Below, piece by piece: positions 39,201-50,785 of a DNA stretch of 64,000 bases (positions within the stretch are counted from its first letter, which is position 1; each line of letters starts with the position of its first letter). The DNA lies in assembly GCA_051294375.1 (NCBI GenBank), contig JBJCIZ010000744.1, positions 982,262 to 1,046,261 on the forward strand, in the 5' to 3' direction. Under the pieces are notes generated by a model, which did not search any database, was not told where the DNA came from, and saw only the letters and a list, made by a program, of their open reading frames with translations. A program made the translations under genes and the position numbers. Source of the stretch: Paraspadella gotoi. Its lineage: Eukaryota; Animalia; Chaetognatha.

Positions 39201-42200
39201 ACACGAAAACACAATAAATCTTAAACTTTTAGGCTGCCCGAAGCGAGAAAAAGATAAAAAAGTCATTGACTAAAACTTGGGGCTAAAATTTTTTTTGGGG
39301 GGGAGGAAATTCGTAGGGGGGGAGGAAGCAGGAAATGAAATGGAAATCTGATCCTACGAGCGTGTGTGAAGACAGAGAGAGAGAGAGAGACAAAACGAGA
39401 GACCGAATGAAAAATTACCAGAGAGCGAGAGAGAAATCTTAACAAAGAAAAGTTAGAGCAAAAAAAAAAAAAAAAAAAATCAGAGCCAAGATTTGGATTC
39501 CAAAAAAAAGTGAAAAAAATGATTAAGCGACTTTGAAAAAAAGAGAAAACAAGATTAATTAAGGGGATAACGTTTTGAAACGAAAGAAAAATAAAAAAAA
39601 AAAAGCGAGAAAGAAGATATTTAAAAAGAAATACTAATATTTATAGTTTAAAGAAAGAATAAAATTTTAAAAAATATGAAAAGATAAATTTTCCGCAAGA
39701 AATCAACGATTTTGATCTTTTTTTTTTCAAGATTTTTTTTTTTAAAAAATATTTTCATTGAGCCTTAAATCTTTGTCATCGAGAAAAAGAAATAAAATAT
39801 TTCATTTTTTTTATTTAAATTTTTTTTTCTTTAACGATTTCTTTGAAAAGTTGCGATAAATATTTTTTGGCAAAAATGAGGAGAGGCGATAAAATATATA
39901 CAGAGAGGAAGGGGAGAAAAGGAAAGGAGAATGGGAGAGGAGAATAGGGTAGGAGAATAGGATAGGAGAATGGGAGAGAAGAATAGGATAGGAGAATATG
40001 GGTAAAAGTTTAATTTAATTAAAAAACGAATTATATTTTTGTGTAATGAAAAACGAAAATTGAAAATTTTAAAATGTATAAATTTTACTTAATTGGTAAA
40101 TGGCAAAATTAACGATTATAATCAATTGCTTAATATTTTTTCCGTCTTTAGTGACCCACTTTTACTTTTCACTTTTTCTGTCACAGAAAATTCGACCCCG
40201 TTTCTCTCAGTGACTCGAAATTTGATCATGTGACCACAGTCTGGCTCACACTTTATCGTTAAACGATCAGTCGGACAAAAAGAAATGCAAGGGACTAGAA
40301 AATCGCCCACTTCGAGCGGTCTAGGTTTTAATCTCATTTGCATATCAAAATATTTGAAGGTTTTAGTTATTAAATTTTCAAGTTGAAATAGAAACGAATG
40401 AAATTGTAAGATTTGCCTTTTAAAAAAAATATTTTATTGCAATATTCGAAATCTCTATAAAAATGTTGCTTTGTCTAAGAAAATTAGTTTTAATTTTCAT
40501 TCCAACTTTTAAATTAATGATCAGATCGGAATTACAAAACGGATTGTGCCCTCTTGTTGCACTGCTACTTTACTACCCACGGCAATTTCAATTGCAAATC
40601 TTGAATAACAACTATTATATCTAAATACATATTAACAGAAAGAAATCATGATCACAGATATTCACAGACATCTGTCATAAAAGGAAGGGAATGAATATCT
40701 CTTATAGTTTTATTTTTTAGCGTCAGACATCACAAGAAAAAACTTGACAATAAAAAGTTTCCCGTGCCAAATAAATATGAGGGAAAACAAAACAAAGGGG
40801 AAAAAATGAGACATAAGAATATTAAGATTAAGAAAGAAAGAATAAATAAAAAAACATTATTATTTTAAAGTCGCATATTATAAAGACACAGAAATAATAC
40901 ATCAAAGCAAATGAGTTTCTTTTTGTCGAAGGAAGTGCAGATAGAATAAGAGAAAGGGAGCGAGATAGAGGGATTAACAGAAAAAGAAAAATATGAAGAG
41001 AGAAAGAGAGCAAGATAGAGAGGGATTAACAGAAAAAGAAAAATAAAAATATGAAGAGAGAAAGAGAGAAAGGGAGCGAGATAGAGAGGGATTAACCGAA
41101 AAAGAAAGATATGCAGAGATATAATAAAGAGAGAGAATCGTCAAGTCTGTATCAAAACAAAAACAAAAAAAAGGGTGAATTTACGAACTAAAACAAAAAA
41201 CACAGATCAAAGGTTGAGCGAGCGAGAGAGAGAGAAAAAAATAAAAACGAGCAATGCAAAAATCACAATACGGACGAAGACATAACAAAACTTTTAAAAA
41301 TTTTATCGGTCAAAAATAAATATATTTTCTCAACATCTAAGAATTAAAATTAAACGTGCCCTAAAAAATGAGATTATGTTTTGTGTATAATACATTTATC
41401 GTGTAGACCTTTCAACCCACAGGTTTTCCCTCCCGCCGAAGCCTTAACCACATGGACCCCTTTTCTTAAATTCATCACACGTGATGATCATCAGTTGTTC
41501 ACGCCCGCTGTGAAATGGTTTTCTGACTCGGAGGCAGTGACGATTTGAAAAAGAGAGAAAGTCGTTCTGTTGGGAGAAAGAGAAGAGAAGAGAAGAGAAG
41601 AGAAGAGAAGAGAAGAGAAGAGAAGAGAAGAGAAGAGAAAAAGAAAAGAAAAATAAAGGGAAAGAAAAAAGGAGGAAAAAAAGAAATGAAAAAGGCCCTA
41701 GATTTCACCTAAAGGGCTTCCAAGAGAAAACTGACAAATTCTTAAATTTAAATATAAAACCTAATCAAGTTGTCTATTTTTTAGTAAAGATTTATAAAGT
41801 TGAAATTTGAACAAATAATTTTGATATAAATATGACTTTCAAAAGTATTAAACCTAAAAAGGTTAAAGTTTCAAGATAATATTTGCCATGGAATATAGTT
41901 AGGCGTAATTGGTAAAAGCAAATAATCGAATTTCTGTCAAAATAATCCACTCCCTCTCACTATCGCTCTCCCTTTGTCCCCCCCCAAACCCCCTCACCTT
42001 CACAAATCGGGCCATCCTCTCCAAAAGGTCCACACGCTCGTCCACGCTCATTCTCTCCAATCTTCCCTCCACGACGACCGACGCCTCAGTCCGAGGTTCC
42101 GAGTCCAGACACGCCCACTCGGACGCGCCCGCGACGGCGCCGGACTTGAGCGGATACGGCGCGGACGTCAGCGTCTCTTCCGGCGTCACCGTCACGGCGA

Positions 42201-42624
42201 AGACGTCTTTAGCCACGGAGCCGTCACGGCCCGTCGCCGTCACGCTGACAAACGTCTGACCGGCGTCGTTTTCGGACGGAACGCCGTAAAAAATCCCGGT
42301 TTTTGCGTCGAACGCCAACCAATGAGGGAGCGATGGAGCGCCGGCTTCGGAGGCGGACACGGCGGCGTCGTTGGCGGCGAAAGCGGCGGACGGGATGGAG
42401 TGAGAAAAGAGGCGACCGACGGAGGCGGTGGCGTCCGGAACGCCGGAAAGGACGCGAAGAGGATTCGAAGCGGAAGCGCGTTCGTCCGCTTCCGATGAGG
42501 AAGAGGAGATGAAGAAAAAGAGGAAGAGAGAAAATACTGTTGTTGTTGTTGTTAGCTTCGTTCGATGCGGTCGTCGGCAACGAAAGAGCTGAGGTAATTC
42601 CGTGGAGTTTGAAGGCGACGACAT
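30298..42624 (-). CDS. DAG1: Dystroglycan (12 coding exons)
   Basis: Exons 42624-41998, 38314-38155, 36393-36257, 35930-35294, 35070-34974, 34150-34041, 33480-33339, 32941-32734, 31969-31742, 31524-31470, 31373-31254 and 30470-30298. Cadherin-like [29 protein letters not shown], furin site [15 protein letters not shown], mucin region, IYGLP, SEA cleavage KGG|[52 protein letters not shown]. Confidence 0.93.
32089..32205 (-). mobile_element. Internally deleted solo copy of the twister LTR (3' half of the ribozyme only)
   Basis: Reverse complement reads TGTGGCGG joined directly to GTAACCGCGC-CAGTGAC-acgaggc-GTCACTG-AGGGTCGGAAGTCCC...CCCGGCTGTTG, matching 50215-50320. Confidence 0.8.
32305..32445 (-). 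mobile_element. Diverged, deleted relative of the family 1 tRNA-twister element
   Basis: Minus strand retains ATCCACCGACCGTTCA, GGTCCGGAGTTCTAGCCTGG, GCTTAACCCACCTGT...ACAGC, GATCCGAAGCT and TGAACGGTT; lies head-to-tail behind the 32480-32710 copy. Confidence 0.65.
32480..32710 (-). mobile_element. Family 1 tRNA-twister element in a DAG1 intron, sense orientation
   Basis: Near-identical to 2986-3218. tRNA-like head 32680-32609; twister 32606-32531 with predicted cleavage between 32582 and 32581. Confidence 0.85.
33780..33905 (-). repeat. Family 3 repeat, deleted copy
   Basis: Reverse complement matches 43955-44098 with deletions in P1 and P4. Other fragments at 14101-14183, 15000-15068, 31120-31155, 36428-36505, 57190-57290, 59140-59265, 61503-61656 and 63600-63655. 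Confidence 0.75.
34605..34810. repeat. Degenerate ~32-bp minisatellite in a DAG1 intron
   Basis: Recurring GCATGTCAGAAGAATGTCTTTGCCCCAATC-like units, about six copies. Confidence 0.7.
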
Positions 42625-43288
42625 TTTTGAAGACGACGACGACGACGACGACGACGAAGACGACCGAGGGTGCAAGTTGGATTTTTGTTGTTGTTCTTGT
42701 AAAACTCACTTTTTTTATTTTCGCTTTAATCTTTGACGAGAAGATTTCATTGTTGAGCTCACAGATCCTGAAAATTATTAATTATCAAAATTATTAAATT
42801 ATTAATCATTTTTAAAAAAATGATTAATAACAAATTCAAAAAAATATAGATAAACATGTATAACGATAAAAATAGTGAAAAAAACGACAGAAAAACGAGG
42901 CGCTCTCTCTCCTTTTCTCTCAGTTATTATTTTTTGTTATTCATTTTTAATTGTTATTTATTATCTTTGTTTTGTTGTATCCCTCGAGGTTGTTTTGTCA
43001 GTTTTGTATCTTTGTTTTTTTTTTCCGGCGGACGGAGAGAGAAAGAGAGAAGAAAACTCGCCACAGAAGGGAAAGACTGTTTGACCCTAATGGACAAGAG
43101 GAAGAGAAAAGAGGAGGAGGAGGAAGAAGATGAGGAGGAAGAGCCAATCCTTTTATTGTTCCTCTCGACGGGGGCTTCCCTTCGGTCAGAAGAATCCGAG
43201 GCTTTCGATTGGTGCGACGGAAGAATAAAACAAAATAACAGGTTCTGTATATAACCGCTTCCGATAGGCTAAATGAAGAAAAGTTACT

Positions 43289-43755
43289 AAATGGAGCCTT
43301 CCGATTGGTCGTCTTGTAAAAGTAAACGAAATTGAGCCTTCTGATTGGTCGTCTTGTAAAAGTAATCGAAATTGAGCCTTCTGATTGGTCGTCTTGTAAA
43401 AGTAATCGAAATTGAGCCTTCTGATTGGTCGTCTTTTACGAGATGGGATTTGATAAGAGGGAATCCGTGGCCTCTTCCAGTCGCGACGTCGCCTTCGTCC
43501 GGCGCCAGTCAACCGTTTTAAGAGGAGGAAGAGGAGGAGGAAGAGGAGGAGGAAGAGGGGTAAGGTGAGAAGTGGCGAAGGTCATTTGGGGGCAAAGAAA
43601 GAAAGGGGGTGAGTTTTAACGAGCCACCCCCATATTTCTGTTTGGAGAGAGAGAGAGAGAGAGAGACACACACACACGAATGGTCAACGGGTTCGAACTG
43701 AGATAACATCCGGGTCACGTGACTTCGTGGTCGCGAATCTGGAGTCACGTGATTT
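43289..43755. promoter_or_regulatory. Candidate DAG1 promoter region with a tandem CCAAT array and paired E-boxes
   Basis: Four 40-bp units each containing GATTGGTC (43303, 43343, 43383, 43423); GTCACGTGAC at 43714 and GTCACGTGA at 43744; CpG-rich patch upstream of the first coding exon. Confidence 0.5.
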
Positions 43756-43902
43756 GGGATCGGCTTCGACGCGTAACGCGGTGGTGACGGGCGCGACGGG
43801 CGGAGGTAACGGGCACTAGGGACGGGCGTGACGGTTCGAAAAATTGGCGAACGTAAAACATTGAGAGTAAAAAAGACGAAAAAGACTAACATTAGTCAGG
43901 TA

Positions 43903-44098
43903 GGAAGCCAGGTACTCTGGGAGTGAATAAACGAGACTGTGAGAGAGTCTTGATTGAAAGCTTGCAGGGACCTGCTATGTCATTATCTTGTAAGAGTGAT
44001 GGAGGCCTTAAACCACCAAAGCCTGTCCAAAGTCAGGGTCAAGATAGCTTATTTATTAAATGAATGGATAATTTTTATATTGGTTGTACCAATTTCAT
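43903..44098 (+). mobile_element. Family 3 dispersed repeat, most complete copy
   Basis: About 10 copies or fragments in the window share GGAAGCCAGGTACTCTGGGAG...GAGAGTCTTGATTGAAAGCTTGC and/or the tail TTTTATATTGGTTGTACCAATTTCAT. Confidence 0.8.
43983..44047 (+). ncRNA. Twister ribozyme, type P5 (family 3)
   Basis: P5 UUAUCUUG/CAAGAUAG; GA-UGG pairs with L4 U-CCA-AAGU (T1); P1 palindrome AGGCCU; U^AA at 44009/44010; P2 ACC with G(A)GU; T2 AC/GU; P4 CCUG/CAGG. Confidence 0.7.
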
Positions 44099-45435
44099 TA
44101 TAATTTATATGATTCAAAGTTTTAAAAAAAGATTGAAAAATGAAAATATGGTTTTCCCGAGCTTTTAAAAACAATTATTGACGACTTTATAAATACAAAA
44201 TTTATAAATAAGCAATGGTTTTTATTTGACGAAGGAATTTATTTTATTTATGGGAAAAAAAATTATAAAAAAACGGTATAAAAATGAAAAACCAAACACA
44301 TTTTGTTTCCACATCTGGTCGATACAGATCCTTTCATTTTTTTTTTTCATTTAAAACAAAAGGACAATCCGAAGCCCCGTCGCTTTCTTTTGAAATCAAA
44401 GTATCTCTGTTGGTTCAGACAAAACAAGCGAGGATTTTGCTTAAATTTTTATTATTTGAAAAAAAAAAAGAAAATAAATAAAAAAATATCCCTTTTTTAA
44501 GGTTTAATTTAGTTTAAGAAGTTAAAATAATAATAAAAAAGTTTGTTACCGCCATTCAAAATTAAGTATTATATTAATCATAAATTTATTATCGAAAAAC
44601 CCAATTTGTGTGTGCGATTTGAATTTCCCCCAATTTTTTTAAAGAATAACAAGATGTTCTGAAAAAAAAAATTCTTGAAAGACAAATAAAGTTTAAACTT
44701 TAAAGAAAAAAATTGAACGATAATCTTTGAGTAAATCTGGTTGTAAAAGAGGGAAGAAAAAAGATATCACTCAGTTCAAAATTAAAAAAAAGAATTGTAA
44801 AGATGTAAAGGAAAAATGGATACCATTGTCATAGGATTGAATTAACGCCTCTCATGTTCTTATACATTATAGTTTTGAATGAAACATTTTAAAAAACAGA
44901 TAAGCTTAAGCACAAGCTCATGCCATATCCGCCAAGCACCAACCATCAAGCACCAAGCACCATTCACCGCCGGCGAAGAAGAATCAATGAAAATTGAAAA
45001 GTCGAAATGAATTTCGTCTGCATCTCAGCTTGAAAGCGAAGATGGGGTCGAGAAGGGGGAAATTATTGGGATGTGGAAGAGGGGCGACCGAAGAATGGAG
45101 TTCTTTTAAAAACGAGAGAGAGAGAGAAAAAGTAGGATAAGAAAAAAATAAAAACATTTTTGCCATATTTTTCTTTCCTTTCAAAAACGTGGAATAGTTT
45201 TTTTTTTTGGAGAGAGAGAGAGAGAGAGAGATCAATTTTTTTTAAAAGAAATAATAAAAAGAATAAAAATTCACGAGAAAATAAAATTAACAAATTCTCG
45301 TTTCATCGAATCTTATGGTAAACGACGACGACGACGACGACGACGAAAAAATACACGAAAATGAAAAGAGGAAAAAAAAATTGACGTAAAAAAATAACGC
45401 GACGGGGAATCAGAGTCTTTGGTTTGTCTGTCTCT

Positions 45436-45466
<31 letters not shown>

Positions 45467-47280
45467 NNNNNNNNNNAGAGAGGGAGAAACCCTGTGAAAA
45501 ATTCATTTTGCTTTATTAACAAGAATTCTTCTTAGCTTTGAAGAGTTCTTGAGTTAAATAAACAGGGTTTCAAATTTTTTTTAAGAAAAAAAAAAATTGA
45601 AAAACAGAACGAAGAAGAGAGAGCGCAAGTTACTTGGTAACATTACTGGTATTTTGCTTAAAGTCAATTTGGATCACAGGAAAAAAAATCAAAATAAACA
45701 AACAAAAAAATAGAAAAGGTGTAAGCGGTTTTAGTTCTCGCGGAGGCGGCCGAAGAGAAAAAATCAAACTTTGTAATTTGAACTCAAAAACTACAAAAAA
45801 AAAAGCAGAATCGAATTTTAAACTTTTTAAGTTGAATTTTTTGTTATTTTAATCGTTTTTTATACGTAAAATGAAATAAACTTTGTATGCGAAATTCTTG
45901 AACGATCAAATATAAATATTTGTCTTCATCGTTTCTTTAAAATATCTCAGCGTTAATAAACGAATCAACATTCGCTGTTGATAATTTCGAAACGAATATA
46001 AAAATCTGTTTTTGTGCATTCGGACTTTAAAGAAAGCGTTTTACAGCCCGGCTCCAGATAATAGATTGAATTCTTATTAATATTTATGAAATGCGTTGAG
46101 AATGTGTTTGTTTTGAAGATTGCCAAAATGATAAGAGAGGGAAAAACTTTTTAGAAGATTAGTACACGTCACGAATGCTATTAAAACTATTAAAACGAAA
46201 TTAAAACTTTTTAGAATGGTATCCAAATTTGAAGATTTCGTAGACACAATTTTTTTTTCTACTCTCGTAAATTTCATATCTTAAATATTAATTTATACTT
46301 TTTCGACATTTTTTTAATATCAAATAAATACGATTGATAATCCAACGCGTTAATAATCGATCGCGGTAGAGTCTTTTTCTATGAGACATTTTTCTTCTTG
46401 TTGTTTACTTTTATTCCGATTTGTTTACATCTTTTGTTTACGTTGATTTTCTCGACGGAAAAAGAGATTTTTTTGTGGACGAAATGAAGAAACCAAAGTC
46501 GAACGAAGGAGGAGGAGGAGGAAGAGGAGGAGGAGGAGGGTGAGATTGGGGGATGAAAGATGAGAGAGAGAGAGAGAGAGGAGAGAGAGAGGAGAGAGAA
46601 GATATGCGATCAGTGAAAAAGAAGAAAATGCTTCTTCTGCGACGACGACGAGACTGATTGATGACGACGACGACTTTTAAAGGCTGGAGAGTGCTAAAGA
46701 AAAAAGCCAGAGAGAGAGAGAGAGAGAGGGACCAAAAAAGAAAGGCTGACAAGGGAAGAAAAGAAAGGCTCAGGAGAAAGGATTTAAAAGGAAAGAATAT
46801 TTAGGGATATTGAGAAAATATGGAGACAAGGGATGCTGAGTGTAGATTTTGCAGTTTATACTGTAGAGGGTCTACATGGGTAAAGAAATGTGCTGTAGAC
46901 AAGGGGTCAAGTCAATGCGGTAGTCAGGGCTGGACAAAAATGGGTCAGGACTAAGGCTATAGAAAATGGCTTAAGTTAAAGGCTATAAAAAGGATGCATT
47001 ACCGATTTTAAGGGCCGAAAACCGTCGGATAATTTTAAGGTTTTGCTAAAAAGTAGAAAGTAGAAAAGGTCTAAAAATGTGTTTTTAGAGCTAAAAACTG
47101 AAAGCTGAAAACTTATTGCTGATGGAAAGAGCTATGGAAAAGGGCTAGAGGCACATTTCGAAAGTTAGGGTATGTTAAAAAGGTGTTGTATTACCATAAA
47201 AACGTGCTGACTGATTAGGCTGCATTTATTATTTAGTATTTTGCGGCTGTAGTAAAAAGCTACAAATAGGGCGAAGGGTC

Positions 47281-47373
<93 letters not shown>

Positions 47374-47510
47374 GGGAAGGCTCCTGGCTCCGAATTCCTG
47401 AGAGAGATGATCTCCAAGGATTTTCCGCGCCAAAGATTCGCCGATTTCGACTCCGAACGAAAGCGAGCGAGCGAGCGAGGAAGCGAGAGAGAGAGAGAGT
47501 GAGAGAGAGA

Positions 47511-47549
<39 letters not shown>

Positions 47550-47630
47550 TCTCCAGTCTTCATTTACAACGAAAATGTTTGGAAAGAAACGTTCGGATTT
47601 TTAACGAGAGAGAGAGAGAGAGAGACGAGA

Positions 47631-47677
<47 letters not shown>

Positions 47678-48784
47678 AGGGGCGGGAGGCGGAGGCGGTG
47701 GGAGTTCTCGTTATAGGGGACTCTCTCTAAATCGAATTCCGATCTAACTTTTATTTTCGAAGAGAAATAAAAATGAGCATAATAACATTTAATGATATTA
47801 ATGTTACCATAACAGTAATAAAAAACCGTTCCGACAATTTTTTTCATCTAATTTTATCAAAATATAATAAAACTCCCCTTAAAAGTCTTTCCCTCGTTTT
47901 AAAAAATTGAATATAAATATTTTAAAAGATCTGATATCCATATTTTATTGAATTAACTCAAGATTTGAAACTTTGAAAATTATTTTTATTTTTGTGGAGG
48001 CAGAGAAGAGAACTGCGGCGGCAGCGGCGGCGACAGCGGCGGCGTGACTCGAGCTAGTAGATAAGATATAGAGATTCTGCAAATATCTAAAACTCCCGAG
48101 GTCGAGATAATAAAATAAATTATTTAGCGCCTGGAACCAAGTTTTAAAATAAATACATATTTAAAAAGACCCAATTATGAATTGGGATATTCCAACCAAA
48201 AAATGAAGACTTTGGCTCCAGAGATTTAAGAAAAAATAATTAATAAAAATAACAATAAACGATATACTGAAAAAAAATGTTTTAGGCTCCATTAAGAGAA
48301 AACAATTTAAGAAAACCTTAAAAAATATTGTTTTGGCTTCTGAGGCTAAAAAAAACCATCTGAAATACTTAGTCCCAATTATTTATTTTTTAAGACTTGA
48401 AAGAATAAAAAGTTAGAAACAGTTACTGCAAAAATTTAATCAGAATAAATAGAAAAAATAAACTTTTTTAAAAGCAGATTATGTCTTGTTTGAATGTATG
48501 AATTATGTTTTATGAATTATCTTATGTTTTTTTAGTTTTTTAAACAGTTAATGTTTATGATTATGATTATGATTCATTTATTTACATATTTCATTTTTTT
48601 ATTATCCTTATTTAATAGATGTATATATTATTCACAGACAGGCCAAGGCAGAGAGAGAGTTCTTAGATTATGAGTCTCCCGAATTTTAAAACAGCGACGG
48701 TGACTACAAACATTTTCATAAACATTTCACCAAAAGAAAATAATCCATATGTTTCTAGGTCGAATGTTGTGTTTACACTGGGAC

Positions 48785-48834
<50 letters not shown>

Positions 48835-48894
48835 ATGGTATTCGAGATCTTTTTTCTCTAAATTCTTTCCGATAGTTCCCCCCCTGCTCATTCT

Positions 48895-48953
<59 letters not shown>

Positions 48954-49416
48954 GCTCGAGTGAAAAAAGTGAAGGGCAGAATGGAAGAAATTCTGTGAAG
49001 GACAAATTCAGGAGGCAAGGAGGAAAGTTCTGTCGAACATCAAATCCCAAATCGATATAATCTGGTTAATAGTTATATTAATAGATAAATAAATATTTTA
49101 AATAAATAGATACTTAAAAAATTTAACAAATAAAATATCTTAAATTAATAAATATTTTAATAATTTAATAGACGAATAAATATTTTGAATTATTGAATAT
49201 TTTAATAATTTACTTGAGAGATAAATATTTTAAATAAATATTTGTTTATTATAATAATAAATAAACAAATGAATATCTTAAATCAATAAATATTTTAATA
49301 TTTAAATGATTATTTATCAATACTCAGCAGATACAATGGACTCTTATTGTGCAGAGAAAATCCTAAGAAATTAAATCCATTCTTTTCCTGTGGAGAAAAT
49401 CCTTTCTCGGATTTCT

Positions 49417-49448
<32 letters not shown>

Positions 49449-49696
49449 GGAGAGAGAGATAGAGAGAGATAGAGAAAGAGAGAAAGGGAGAGAGAGAGAG
49501 AGAGAAGAATGACCTACTTTCATAACTTTTCAATTCAGAATTATTTAATCAATATTTTTTTCACTTTTTAACATATTGTGGCGGTATATTCACACCGCCT
49601 ACGTCCACCATCGTTCAGCCAAATCCATTGGCTCAGAGGGGAACACACCATCCCAGGCGTAGTGTTCCATCCACAGTCCTAATGACTTCCCTCTGC

Positions 49697-49777
49697 GTTG
49701 GCAAAGCGAGACCGTCCTAGGGTAACCGCGCCAGTGACTGGATGCGTCACTGAGGGTCGGAAGCCCCCCAAGCCAAC
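49697..49777 (+). ncRNA. Twister ribozyme, type P5, 5' LTR copy
   Basis: P5 GUUGGC/GCCAAC; GA-CCG pairs with L4 U-CGG-AAGC; P1 UCCUAGGG; U^AA at 49723/49724; P2 CCGC/GCGA (one C-A mismatch); GC (T2); P3 CAGUGAC/GUCACUG; P4 GGG/CCC. Confidence 0.8.
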
Positions 49778-50191
49778 AGTGGAATGCCCCATCCCAATGG
49801 GCATCACAGCACCCGGCTGTTGCCATAAGTGGTGAGCCCTACTATCGAACACGCAACCTTCTGCAGGGTACGCTACAACAAACGCCTATGCCCTGCCGAC
49901 TTTGGGTACGCTACGACAAACGCCTATGCCCCTGGGGTACGCTACGACAAACGCCTATGCCCCACAAACTCGCGCTCTCTCTCTCCTCTCCCCACTATGG
50001 TGACAGCTCTTGTCAGACACCTCTCAGGCTTGAGGAACCTAGTGATGTCTTGGTCCGGGGATCCTGTGGCGGTATATTCACACCGCCTCACGTCCACCAT
50101 CGTTCAGCGCCAAATCCATTGGCTCAGAGGGGGAACACACCATCCCAGGCGTAGTGTTCCAATCCACACAGTCCTAATGACTTCCCTCTGC

Positions 50192-50272
50192 GTTGGCAAA
50201 GCGAGACCGTCCTAGGGTAACCGCGCCAGTGACTGGATGCGTCACTGAGGGTCGGAAGCCCCCAAAGCCAAC
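50192..50272 (+). ncRNA. Twister ribozyme, type P5, 3' LTR copy
   Basis: Same core as the 5' LTR copy; predicted cleavage at 50218/50219. Confidence 0.8.
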
Positions 50273-50785
50273 AGTGAGATGCCCCATCCCAATGGGCCAT
50301 CACAGGCAACCCGGCTGTTGCCATAATATATGATTTATTGATAATCTCATATTCACGATTCTATTTAAATTTTCTCAACGAGAATTTTCATAAAATCCTC
50401 TAGCTATTTTGATTTGATTAAGTTTAAATTTAGAATCCCAAATTTGTAAACGTTGGAGTGATGACTGTTGTACCGGTCAATCGCCATTCGTGACAGGTTA
50501 GCTCATTAAACGAAGTCATCAGCCCACGACCAATGTGTAATTGGTTCGATCCTAACCCTTATGGGTTTCCACGAAGTTATGGACAATGTCCAATGTGTCC
50601 AACCACCAAATCTGGTGTCTGTTTAGAAATTAACTGTTAATTTAATTAATATCTGACAGATTACGTGACTGAAAACCTTTGAAGGTTTGTATCTAGCTAT
50701 GGTAAGGCTCTAATGTATGCAGTATGGTGGACTAAAATCCACCAATCGTTCATCAGCGGCNNNNNNNNNNNNNNNNNNNNNNNNN

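Larger units (their letters stand above)
49577..50325 (+). mobile_element. Non-autonomous miniature LTR retroelement (TRIM/retrozyme-like) with a twister ribozyme in each LTR (family 2)
   Basis: Direct repeats 49577-49827 and 50065-50325 (TGTGGC...GCCATA), 4-bp TSD ATAT (49573-49576, 50326-50329), AG then PBS-like TGGTGAGCCC at 49830, non-coding ~237-bp interior, weak purine tract GGGGA before the 3' LTR. Confidence 0.85.

Noticed and set aside
49866-49962. 28-bp direct repeats resembling a CRISPR array (also 8193-8310 and 43289-43440)
   Set aside because: Eukaryotic context, spacers absent or only 3-10 bp, no cas genes; these are minisatellites.
49599-50324. Short ORFs within the LTR element
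   Set aside because: No gag, protease, RT or integrase motifs, and frames differ between the two LTR copies.
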